A program made the position numbers and the translations under genes. A DNA stretch of 64,000 nucleotides from positions 6,200,001 through 6,264,000 of the forward strand of contig CATNEN010000025.1 of the NCBI GenBank assembly GCA_950097015.1, written 5' to 3'. Every line of letters begins with the position of its first letter. Within the stretch, counting starts at the first letter, position 1. The stretch comes from Macrostomum hystrix. Taxonomy: Eukaryota; Animalia; Platyhelminthes. Shown here one piece after another: positions 49,843 through 61,589 of the stretch. Below the pieces are notes generated by a model, which worked only from the letters and a program-made list of their open reading frames with translations, ran no database searches and was not told the DNA's origin.

Positions 49843-50393
49843 TAGAGTAACCTGTAAAAGAGACAAAAAGCAGATAACAAATGAGCCCCCCGAGTCGGCC
49901 CAGTGGTTTTCTGATGGCTACCAAATTTGAAAACAAAATAGGTTTCTTTTCAATAGAAGCTCAAAAGCAAAAGGCAGCAATCGATGAAATCGGTGATTAA
50001 AAATCAATTGATTTTCCTGTCTTTTTCACCCCTCACTATTTCAGCCACAGAGAAGCTGCCTGTTGCAGAATCTGAGAGTGCTAGAAAGGGGTGGATTCTC
50101 ATACAAGGCTAGCGTTGGGGAAAATTTGCATTTTTGGTCCCACATCCCCACAATCATAGCCTTAGGGGGTGTACGACACCGAATTCCCGGCCAGCAACTA
50201 GGGCTAGCTTCGGGCGAAAAGCTAACTTTTAGGCGGCTGCAGTCATCATTGGTATGCGATTGATATAGGCAAGGCTTTGTAGTGCAATCAGACAAACCAG
50301 ATGCTGTGAGTCGAGCTTTAGTAGTTCTCTGTCAGAGTGTTTCATGCACTATGGATAGGCGATTCGCTTGCCATTTGTTGGGCCTGTCAACAA

Positions 50394-51625
50394 GTGGGAT
50401 CTCATCGGTGTGGGATCTCATCGGTGTGGGATCTCATCGGTGTGGGATCTCATCGGAATGTGATATGATCGGTGTGGGATCTCATCGGTGTGGGATCTCA
50501 TCGGTGTGGGATCTCATCGGTGTGGGATCTCATCGGAATGTGATATGATCGGAGTGGGATCTCATCGGTGCGGGATCTCATCGGTGTGGGATCTCATCGG
50601 AATGTGATATGATCGGTGTGGGATCTCATCGGTGTGGGATCTCATCGGAATGTGATATGATCGGAGTGGGATCTCATCGGTGTGGGATCTCATCGGTGTG
50701 GGATCTCATCGGAATGTGATATGATCGGAGTGGGATCTCATCGGTGCGGGATCTCATCGGTGTGGGATCTCATCGGAATGTGATATGATCGGTGTGGGAT
50801 CTCATCGGTGTGGGATCTCATCGGAATGTGATATGATCGGAGTGGGATCTCATCGGTGTGGGATCTCATCGGAGAGGGATCTCATCGGAGTGGGATCTCG
50901 TCGGAATGTGACATTATCGGAGTGGGATCTCATCGGAATGTGATATGATCGGTGCGGGATCTCATCGGTGTGGGATCTCATCGGAATGTGATATGATGTG
51001 TGGGATCTCATCGGTGTGGGATCTCATCGGTGTGGGATCTCATCGGTGTGGGATCTCATCGGAATGTGATATGATCGGAGTGGGATCTCATCGGTGCGGG
51101 ATCTCATCGGTGTGGGATCTCATCGGAATGTGATATGATCGGTGTGGGATCTCATCGGTGTGGGATCTCATCGGAATGTGATATGATCGGAGTGGGATCT
51201 CATCGGTGTGGGATCTCATCGGAGAGGGATCTCATCGGAGTGGGATCTCGTCGGAAGGTGACATTATCGGAGTGGGATCTCATCGGAATGTGATATGATC
51301 GGTGCGGGATCTCATCGGTGTGGGATCTCATCGGAATGTGATATGATCGGTGTGGGATCTCATCGGTGTGGGATCTCATCGGAATGTGATATGATCGGAG
51401 TGGGATCTCATCGGTGTGGGATCTCATCGGTGTGGGATCTCATCGGTGTGGGATCTCATCGGAGTGGGATCTCGTCGGAAGGTGACATTATCGGAGTGGA
51501 ATCTCGTCGGAAGGTGACATTATCGGAGTGGAATCTCGTCGGAAGGTGACATTATCGGAGTGGAATCTCGTCGGTGTGGGATCTCATCGCTGTGGTATCT
51601 CATCGGTGTGGGATCTCATCGGTGT
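50394..51625. repeat. Composite 16-bp minisatellite (GGGATCTCATCGGTGT alternating with GAATGTGATATGATCG)
   Basis: Two related 16-mers interleaved; about 350-bp higher-order duplication (markers at 50871 and 51221). Confidence 0.95.
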
Positions 51626-52037
51626 GTGATGTTGTCAGTGTGAGATCTTAAGTTGTCTTTCTTTAAAGTTTGGTATGGGATTTCCATTATTTATCGGGAA
51701 ATATCGATAAGATATTTTTTAATCTTGAAGTGATTGGAAAGGATTCACACTTGCGGCTGCACAGTCGTAGCACCTTCGGTGGGGTATTTCGTATTTCTGA
51801 AAGAACTTTTGAAATTCGAGCTGAGTAAATCCGTCTTTCCCCTGGAGGAGTATTAGCTGCCAGGTGGTATTGTAAATAAAGGCTTGGACACAAGGGGGAG
51901 TGGAGTTTCTTGGGGGCATTTCAGGAACGCTACACAACCTTCTTGTACTATAAGGTAAAGTGTAGGATATATCAGCTTGACTCACAGCAAGAATAATGGT
52001 TTACGGCTTGAATCATGTCTAACAGTCTATGATTCTA

Positions 52038-53722
52038 AAGATAAACACCCATTCTATTAGATAATAACTATGTCTCCACGATAAACACCCAGTGTCTAAC
52101 AGATAAACACCCAGTCTAACAGATAAACACATATTCTAACTAATAAACACCAATTCAAACCGATAAACACCAATTCTAACCGATAAACACCCAGTCTAAC
52201 AGATAAACACATATTCTAACTAATAAACACCAATTCAAACCGATAAACACCCGGTCTAACAGATAAACACCCATTCTAGCCGATAAACACCCGGTCTAAC
52301 AGATAAACACCCATTCTCGCCGATAAACACCTAGTCTAACAGCTAAACACCCATTCTCGCCGATAAACACCCAGTCTAACAGATAAACACATATTCTAAC
52401 TAATAAACACCAATTCAAACCGATAAACACCCATTCTAACCGATAAACACCCAGTCTAACAGATAAACACCCAGTCTAGCCGATAGACACCTATTCTAGC
52501 CGAAAAACACCCAGTCTAACAGCTAAACACCAATTCTAACCGATAAACACCCAGTCTAACCGATAAACACCCAGTCTAACAGATAAACACCCAGTCTAAC
52601 AGATAAACACCCATTTTAGCCGATAAACACCCAGTCTAGCAGATAAACACCAATTCTAACCGATAAACACCCAGTCTAGCAGATAAACACCAATTCTAAC
52701 CGATAAACACCCAGTCTAGCAGATAAACACCAATTTTAACCGATAAACACCCAGTCTAACAGATAAACACCAATTCTAACCGATAAACACCCAGTCTAAC
52801 CGATAAACACCCAGTCTAACAGATAAACACCCAGTCTAACAGATAAACACCCATTTTAGCCGATAAACACCCAGTCTAGCAGATAAACACCAATTCTAAC
52901 CGATAAACACCCAGTCTAACAGACAAACACCAATTCTAACTGATAAACACCCAGTCTAGCAGATAAACACCAATTCTAACCGATAAACACCCAGTCTAGC
53001 AGATAAACACCAATTTTAACCGATAAACACCCAGTCTAACAGATAAACACCAATTCTAACTGATAAACACCCAGTCTAGCAGATAAACACCAATTCTAAC
53101 CGATAAACACCCAGTCTAGCAGATAAACACCAATTCTAACCGATAAACATCCAGTCTAACAGATAAACACCCGGTCCAACAGATAAACACGCAGTCTAAC
53201 ACATAAACACCCGATCCAACAGATAAACACCCAGTCTAACAGATAAACACCCAGTCAAACAGATAAACACATATTCTAACTAATAAACACCAATTCAAAC
53301 CGATAAACACCCGGTCTAACAGATAAACACCCATTCTAGCCGATAAACACCCGGTCTAACAGATAAACACCCATTCTCGCCGATAAACACCTAGTCTAAC
53401 AGATAAACACCCATTCTAGCCGATAAACACCCGGTCTAACAGATAAACACCCATTCTCGCCGATAAACACCTAGTCTAACAGCTAAACACCCATTCTCGC
53501 CGATAAACACCCAGTCTAACAGATAAACACCAATTCTCGCCGATAAACACCCAGTCTAACAGATAAACACCCAGTCTAACAGATAAACACCTAGTCTAAC
53601 AGATAAACACCCATTCTCGCCGATAAACACCCAGTCTAACAGATAAACACCAATTCTCGCCGATAAACACCCAGTCTAACAGATAAACACCCAGTCTAAC
53701 AGATAAACACCCAGTCTAATAG
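52038..53722. repeat. 20-bp minisatellite (AGATAAACACCCAGTCTAAC and variants)
   Basis: Strict 20-bp phase with many variant types. Confidence 0.96.
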
Positions 53723-54130
53723 ATAAGCTCACAAATATTTGGGAAATATATTTTAAAACAGCACTTAAACAGAAACTTGTCAATGCTAAACAACATTCTG
53801 TAAGTGACTGTAACGCACAGCGTGACATTATCCAGAACTCAATTTCTGCCAAGCTAGGGATTCTTAGAATCCAAGAAAATCCACAGTAGAAATGGGATAA
53901 CCGGCATTCGGATGGGATTACTGAAAGTTTCCATCCCCTAGTAGAAGATGGAAGCTTGCTTGTACGGAGGAGACCGAGAAATTCTTCAGATTGCTTCTAG
54001 TCTAGCTTCGGCTTAAACTTCTGCGATTCTGAAATTGCTCAAATCCACCGCGACTGAAGCTGCAGCAACACTTATTGTATTTTCTACTTTTAGAAGCTTT
54101 CCATTTCATGTAGCTCGTAGATTCTGATCT

Positions 54131-55103
54131 AGCAGCATCTCATCCAACAGCATCTCATCCTACAGCATCTCATCCTACAGCATCTCATCCTACAGCATCT
54201 CATCCTACAGCATCTCATCCTACAGCGTCTCATCCTACAGCATCTCATCCTACAGCATCTCATCCTACAGCATCTCATCCTACAGCATCTCATCCTACAG
54301 CATCTCATCCTACAGCATCTCATCCTACAGCATCTCATCCTACAGCATCTCATCCTACAGCATCTCATCCTACAGCATCTCATCCTACAGCATCTCATCC
54401 TACAGCATCTCATCCTACAGCATCTCATCCTACAGCATCTCATCCTACAGCATCTCATCCTACAGCATCTCATCCTACAGCATCTCATCCTACAGCATCT
54501 CATCCTACAGCATCTCATCCTACAGCATCTCATCCTACAGCATCTCATCCTACAGCATCTCATCCTACAGCATCTCATCCTACAGCATCTCATCCTACAG
54601 CATCTCATCCTACAGCATCTCATCTTACAGCATCTCATCCTACAGCATCTCATCTTACAGCATCTCATCCTACAGCATCTCATCTTACAGCATTTCATCT
54701 TACAGCATCTCATCCTACAGCATCTCATCCTACAGCATCTCATCCTACAGCATCTCATCCTAAAGCATCTCATCCTACAGCATCTCATCCTACAGCATCT
54801 CATCCTACAGCATCTCATCCTACAGCATCTCATCTTACAGCATCTCATCCTACAGCATCTCATCCTACAGCATCTCATCCTACAGCATCTCATCCTACAG
54901 CATCTCATCCTACAGCATCTCATCTTACAGCATCTCATCCTACAGCATCTCATCTTACAGCATCTCATCCTACAGCATCTCATCCTACAGCATCTCATCT
55001 TACAGCATCTCATCTTACAGCATCTCATCCTACAGCATCTCATCCTACAGCATCTCATCTTACAGCATCTCATCCTACAGCATCTCATCCTACAGCATTT
55101 CAT
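54131..55103. repeat. 15-bp minisatellite (CATCTCATCCTACAG), about 64 copies
   Basis: Near-perfect copies; the (MRCCR)n ORF is an artefact. Confidence 0.98.
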
Positions 55104-55615
55104 TCTACATAATTATTTTCTTTAAAAGCTACTTACAGTAGCCATGAACTCGCGTAATTTGAGCAGAAAAGAAACGAAAGCAAAAAAGTACAAAGAGCTA
55201 GTGCGAATAGGATCGATTTTTTTTCTAGTTGATGACCAATTGTACAAGAAAATTGTGCTGAATTTGTATATATTTACGACTGCTGTGACTTGATTGAGGA
55301 AAAATTTTATTTATAACATGTTTAGTGTCCTAATTAATGCCTCCCGTCGCTTTTCCTCTAAAAAAGTATCTATTTAATTACGAGTGTAAAAGTAGGACTA
55401 CCAAGCCATTTTGCCGCCCGTTTTTATACCGAGCTGCTCCTGAAATTTTTTTGGCAGCGCCCGAATGCTAACAGCGTGGCCTAGTGGCCTAGTTCCACCT
55501 TTTGTAGCCCTTGAAGGTCCAGCAGTGCGTCTAGATCTGTTAAGGCATTGTAGATGCTCTTCAGTTTTGACGCACTTCGCACTGGCATTTCACGCGAGCC
55601 GAACGCGGACAACAA

Positions 55616-56047
55616 TCAGCAGACCGAATCCAACAGTCGAAGTTCGTCCAAGCTGAGACGGCTGGCTGCCATGGCGTAGGCCACGAAGCTGCCTTTGAAC
55701 GGATAATAGACATCGAAGCCGAGTCGCATGCCGTTATCGCCAACATCGCCGCCGCTTGTAGCCGACGACGTCATCGTTGGGACATCGACGAAGCTGCCGT
55801 TGTAATAGAATTTCAAATCGGTGCCATTGAATCCAATCGCAGCGCTGAAGGTTGCCTCGGCTCCGGTGCCAGTCGGATAGACAATTGTGGAAGCGGCGAA
55901 CTCTGTTGGCGATAGGGAGCGGTGCAGCAGGCTCGGCCGCGCCATCGCGTCGCGCCAGTGCCCGGTGGGCTGGGCGGCGCCTGACGGCCCGGAGCGATTG
56001 TAGAAGCTGTGAAAGGCCGGGCTTTCGTAGGCGTAGCGCCGGCTCAC
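55616..56047 (-). CDS. Secreted PAN/Apple + LamG-like (ConA-like) protein, exon 2
   Basis: atgcag acceptor, phase 0; AIGFNGTDLKFYYNG and RLG...FKGSFVAYAMAASRLSLDELRLL fit the LamG_3/pentraxin-like pattern; stop at 55616. Confidence 0.8.
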   Translation of the reverse strand: MSRRYAYESPAFHSFYNRSGPSGAAQPTGHWRDAMARPSLLHRSLSPTEFAASTIVYPTGTGAEATFSAAIGFNGTDLKFYYNGSFVDVPTMTSSATSGGDVGDNGMRLGFDVYYPFKGSFVAYAMAASRLSLDELRLLDSVC

Positions 56048-56074
56048 CTGCATTGGATGTCGGCCAGGGCAACT

Positions 56075-56325
56075 CCCATTGTCACTCCCATTGTCACTCC
56101 TATTGTCACTCCTTTTGTCATTCCTTAATGTCACTTCTATTGTCGTCCCTAATGTCTCTCCTTTTGACATCCCAATTGTCACTTTTATTATCGTCTCTAT
56201 CGTCACTCATATTGTCACTCCTATTGTGACTCCTCTTGTCACTTTGATTATCACTCCTACTGTCACTCCAATTGTCACTCCTATCGTCACTCATATTCTC
56301 ACTCCCATTCTCACTCCTATGGTCA
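56075..56325. repeat. 12-bp degenerate repeat (GTCACTCCTATT) filling the intron 56048-56330
   Basis: About 20 variable units occupying nearly the whole 283-bp intron. Confidence 0.9.
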
Positions 56326-56330
56326 CCCAC

Positions 56331-56941
56331 CTTGGCGTAGAACGTGACCTCTCCAGCCGTTCCCAGCAGTTGTCGAAAATTATTGCCAACTCCACCCACG
56401 TCGCCGGAATATGGAATTTGAATTTCCAAGAAATCAGCCAAGCCGCCGCCGAACCTGGCGCCATCTTTGCTGCGCGCCACGCTGCCGGACGGCGTTGCCG
56501 CAGAAAACCTGCGACCGCTGCTCGAATTGTTCGCCAGCTGCTGAAGCAGAAGATTTTCGTAGCCAACGCGAAAGCAGTAGAAGCCGAGTAGCCGGTCGGC
56601 CAGCTGCGGTGGCAGCGACGGTCGTCGAACTTCGCTCCGACAATCCCCCGGCTGCCAAGCTCCAACTAGGTCGGCCAGGTTGCCCAAGCGACAGTCGACG
56701 CTGGCGTTGACGTGGAAGACGGCGCACCCAGGACTGACGGCGCACTCGACTGCGCAGCTCTGGCGATGCCGGAGACCGCTGACCACCCGGCCGGCTGACG
56801 CCTGCGGGCAGGAGGCGTCCTGGACGAAGGTTACCGTGGCGGAGGCGACGAACGCTGCGTTGTAGATGACGACGACGACGAGGATCGCCAGGATCGGGGC
56901 GACGTTAACGGCACTTTTTGGTTGACGTTCTTACAGTGCAT
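56331..56941 (-). CDS. Secreted PAN/Apple + LamG-like protein, exon 1 (signal peptide, PAN domain, start of LamG); start uncertain
   Basis: Hydrophobic PILAILVVVVIYNAAFVASA; PAN Cys pattern SCAVECAVSPGC...CRLG; GEVTFYAK then GTGGGT donor. The ATG at 56941 is 1 bp out of frame at an A5 run. Confidence 0.78.
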
Positions 56942-57024
56942 GTTCATTTAGAATGGGTGGGCGAGATGATATATTCATTGTTGTAAATGTTGTAAATCAT
57001 GAGTTTTATAAATACTCGACCTAT

Positions 57025-57130
57025 TGAGTCGTCTATTTCATGAGTCGTCTATTTCATGAGTCGTCGATTTCATGAGTCGTCGATTTCATGAGTTCGATTT
57101 CACGAGTTGTTAATTTCATGAGTCGCCGAT
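57025..57130. repeat. 16-bp short tandem repeat (TGAGTCGTCTATTTCA)
   Basis: About 6 degenerate copies just upstream of the minus-strand PAN gene. Confidence 0.85.
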
Positions 57131-57694
57131 TTTATAAATCGTTTCCAACTAACTAGTTGACCTTGATTATGCTTGTACATAATTTCCTATTAAATCAATG
57201 GCAATGTTTTCAAACTTGACAAAACACGAAGGCGTGAAATGCGTTGAATTGTTTTCCTCCCAAATATGGGAATCCGTTTTAGTTGGGATAAAAACAATGG
57301 CGAGTATGATGGGGCAACTGGGAGAAATTCAGTTTAGTCTGTGTGTGGCTTGGCACGGAGGCAAACAAGCACACAGACGGGCTCTGCCCACAGAAAACAC
57401 ACCGTTGGAATTTTAGCAGTCAAAAAACTCCTAAAATGCTCGCTCTTGTCCCCAGTTGAACCCGGGCGACTGTCATGGCTTCAAATGACCTGGCTCAACT
57501 CACTCAATTAAAGAATGATGAGGTGAGCGACTTGATGGCCTCATAAATTGCTTTCACGCGAATCCCTTTAGCATCAATTTCATTGCAGATTGCTCACAAA
57601 GTGAGATAAAAAAGTTTAGTTGAAATTCTACGGGAAAATTAGGATTCTAAACGGAATGTAAGATCCTATGAGAAAAAGAGATTTTATTAAACAG

Positions 57695-58685
57695 GTGAGT
57701 GAGACTCTATAGCACAGGTAAGATTCTATTGCAGAGGTGAGATTCCATAGCAGAGGTGAGATCCCATAGCAGATGGGAGATTCTATGGGACAGGTGAGAT
57801 TCTATGGCACTGGTGAGATTCTATGGCAAAGGGGAGATTCTATGGCAAAGGGGAGATTCTATGGCACTGGTGAGATTCTATGGCAAAGGGGAGATTCTAT
57901 GGCGAAGGGGAGATTTTATGGGACAGGTTAGATTCTATGGGACAGGTTAGATTCTATGGGACAGGTTAGACTCTATGGGACAGGTGAGATTCTATGAGAC
58001 AGGTTAGATTCTATGGGACAGGTTAGATTCTATGTGACAGGTTAGATTCTATGGCGTAGGGAAGATTCTATGTGACAGGTTAGATTCTATGGGACAGGTG
58101 AGATTCTATGTGACAGGTTAGACTCTATGGGACAGGTTAGATTCTATAGGACAGGTGAGATTCTATGGGACAGGTTAGATTCTATGGGACAGGTGAGATT
58201 CTATGAGAAAGGTTAGACTCTATGGGACAGGTGAGATTCTATGAGAAAGGTTAGACTCTATGGGACAGGTGAGATTCTATGGGACAGGTGAGATTCTATG
58301 TGACAGGTGAGATTCTATGGGACAGGTTAGATTCTATGTGACAGGTGAGATTCTATGTGACAGGTGAGATTCTATGGGACAGGTTAGATTCTATGGGACA
58401 GGTGAGATTCTATGTGACAGGTTAGACTCTATGGGACAGATGAGATTCTATGGGACAGGTGAGATTCTATGGGACAGGTTAGATTCTATGGGACAGGTGA
58501 GATTCTATGAGAAAGGTTAGACTCTATGGGACAGGTGAGATTCTATGGGACAGGTTAGATTCTATGGGACAGGTGAGATTCTATGGGACAGGTGAGATTC
58601 TATGGGACAGGTGAGATTCTATGTGACAGGTGAGATTCTATGGGACAGGTTAGATTCTATGTGACAGGTTAGATTCTATGGCACA
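57695..58685. repeat. 19-bp minisatellite (GAGATTCTATGGGACAGGT)
   Basis: About 52 copies, more degenerate at the left end. Confidence 0.96.
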
Positions 58686-59164
58686 GGCTCGATTATTCCT
58701 CTCTTAATGATAAGAACTCTGTGATATCAAAGGTATTTTCACATGAGACTCACTTGTAGCAAAAAAAACTAGCATTTTTTTATGCTGAAAACTTGATGCA
58801 ATGCGACGATGGTCTAGCAGACAGTTTTCGACCAACTCAAATTGAGTTTTGTTCGCGCCGATGGAACAAGTGGAGCAACTGTATGTGTTGGAGAAAAATG
58901 AGGATGGGTGGATGCAAAGTGGGGAAAACATTTTGCCAGTTGCCAACGCCCGCAGAAGTTCATTGGTCAGAGCAAGCTGAAATATTGAGGTGGACTTAGG
59001 TTACTATAGTTGCCATGGTAATCTAGCCGCTGATGTGTTTACACCAACGTGCTTCAATTAATACGGCCCATTGTTTTCATCCCACTTCCCAGCCAGGGTA
59101 AATTTTTGTGTTTTCTACTGTCATAATGTTGCTACTGGAAATTAAAAAAATAAAAGGGCGAGGA

Positions 59165-59530
59165 ATAGATGGAGAGTGAGGGGAATAGAGGGAGTGTGAG
59201 AGGAATAGAGGGAGAGTGAGGGGAATAGATGGAGAGTGAGAGTAATAGATAAAGAGTGAGAGGAATAGATGGAGAGTGAGAGTAATATATAAAGAGTGAG
59301 AGGAATAGATGGAGAGTGAGAGTAATAGATAAAGAGTGAGAGGAATAGATGGAGAGTGAGAGGAATAGATAAAGAGTGAGAGGAATAGATGGAGAGTGAG
59401 AGGAATAGATGGAGAGTGAGAGGAATAGATGGAGAGTGAGAGTAATAGATAAAGAGTGAGAGGAATAGATGGAGAGTGAGAGGAATAGAGGGAATTTAGG
59501 TATACAGGGGAAATGAGGGGAATAGAGGGA
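59165..59530. repeat. 20-bp purine-rich minisatellite (GAGAGGAATAGATGGAGAGT)
   Basis: About 18 copies. Confidence 0.94.
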
Positions 59531-59839
59531 GGGCGAGAGCAGGTACTACTAAATACTCCAATTGAAAAAGTATTTGGTAGTATTTTTAGTATTTTTAGTA
59601 CTTTTAGCATTTAGTAGTCCCTGGGCGAGAGTAAGCGATGATAAGTGAGAAAAGTGTGAGGGTGAGAGGAAGAGTCCTTCGTCATAACAAATGCAAATAC
59701 AAATGAAAATTATTATGAATTTTCTGCCCACTTTGCCGATTGAAAAAAAGCATTCTTATCTACTTGCAGTAGCGTCATTGACGCATTAGCCAAGTAGATT
59801 AAGAGAGAATATAATTATAAAAATAATTGGAATACATTA

Positions 59840-61120
59840 CATTCTATCACCCATAAGATGGATTACATTACATTATTACATTTCATTACATTACATTACC
59901 ACCCTACATTACATTCTGTCACCCATGGGATAGATTAGCAATCCATTACATCCTATCACCCATGGGATAGATTAGCAATCCATTACATCCTATCACCCAT
60001 GGGATAGATTAGCAATCCATTACATTCTATCACCCATGGGATAGATTAGCAATCCATTACATTCTATCACCCTTGGGATAGATTAGCAATCCATTACATT
60101 CTATCACCCATGGAATAGATTAGCAATCTATTACATTCTATCACCCATGGGATAGATTAGTAATCCATTACATCCTATCACCCATGGGATAGATTAGCAA
60201 TCCATTACATCCTATCACCCATGGAATAGATTAGCAATCCATTACATCCTATCACCCATGGGATAGATTAGCAATCCATTACATCCTATCACCCATGGGA
60301 TAGATTAGCAATCCATTACTAATCCATTACATTCTATCACCCATGGGATAGATTAGCAATCCATTACATTCTATCACCCATGGAATAGATTAGCAATCCA
60401 TTACATTCTATCACCCATGGAATAGATTAGCAATCCATTACATTCTATCACCCATGGAATAGATTAGCAATCCATTACATTCTATCACCCATGGAATAGA
60501 TTAGCAATCCATTACATTCTATCACCCATGGAATAGATTAGCAATCCATTACATTCTATCACCCATGGAATAGATTAGCAATCCATTACATTCTACCACC
60601 CATGGAATAGATTAGCAATCCATTACATTCTATCACCCATGGAATAGATTAGCAATCCATTACATTCTATCACCCATGGAATAGATTAGCAATCCATTAC
60701 ATTCTATCACCCATGGAATAGATTAGCAATCCATTACATTCTACCACCCATGGAATAGATTAGCAATCCATTACATTCTACCACCCATGGAATAGATTAG
60801 CAATCCATTACATTCTACCACCCATGGAATAGATTAGCAATCCATTACATTCTACCACCCATGGAATAGATTAGCAATCCATTGCATTCTATCACCCATG
60901 GAATAGATTAGCAATCCATTACATTCTACCACCCATGGAATAGATTAGCAATCCATTGCATTCTATCACCCATGGAATAGATTAGCAATCCATTACATCC
61001 TATCACCCATGGAATAGATTAGCAATCCATTACATCCTATCACCCATGGAATAGATTAGCAATCCATTACATTCTATCACCCATGGAATAGATTAGCAAT
61101 CCATTACATCCTATCACCCA
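59840..61120. repeat. (CATTA)n grading into a 37-bp minisatellite (CCATGGAATAGATTAGCAATCCATTACATTCTATCAC)
   Basis: About 32 units of 37 bp without spacers, preceded by a pentamer run. Confidence 0.96.
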
Positions 61121-61589
61121 TAGGATAAAAAAACAACATAGAATGGCCATGTTTGGCAACAAGGTAACGCACAACGCAACAACAATGCCTACAGTTGCTT
61201 TTTTGAACTTTCCTATTGTGCCAACGAGACAAGTGAAACAGTGTTGAGAGCTCTAAGCGTCATTGACAACATCTTCCATGGCAACGCGAAAAGCCGAGAA
61301 GCTCCATTCAGTTCAATCCATTCTTTAAGTTGAGTATCTTCAGTTTCTCGCCCCGCTTGTTAACTGTTTACGCAGGTTTTGTGTCTAAATGGCGCTCTTA
61401 ATAAACTATATTGCGGTTCTTTGCAGGCAATCGATAAAATTTTAGCCTTCCAATGTGTTTTGTTAGCTTAGGCATAATTGAGCAACGAAGGTGAAAGTGA
61501 TAGTAACAAGGATAAGAGGATATTGGAAAAAGAAGAGGAGACGGAAGAAAAAGGGCAGAGAAAAAGAGGAACAGAAGAGCAGAAGCAGA

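Noticed and set aside
54129-55103. Cys-rich (MRCCR)n metallothionein/keratin-associated-like ORF
   Set aside because: It coincides exactly with a 15-bp satellite, has no unique N- or C-terminus, and variants are mostly non-synonymous.
55470-55540. tRNA gene (TGGCCTAGTGG A-box)
   Set aside because: No B-box (GTTCRA) and no cloverleaf downstream; at most a SINE-like remnant.
59920-61120. CRISPR array (37-bp partly palindromic repeat)
   Set aside because: Units are directly head-to-tail with no unique spacers, there are no cas genes, and the context is eukaryotic.
59920-61120. Compensatory covariation GGAT/ATCC versus GAAT/ATTC between unit positions, suggesting a conserved RNA stem
   Set aside because: Unit-by-unit reading shows many discordant g/t and a/c combinations; the pattern is explained by array homogenisation.
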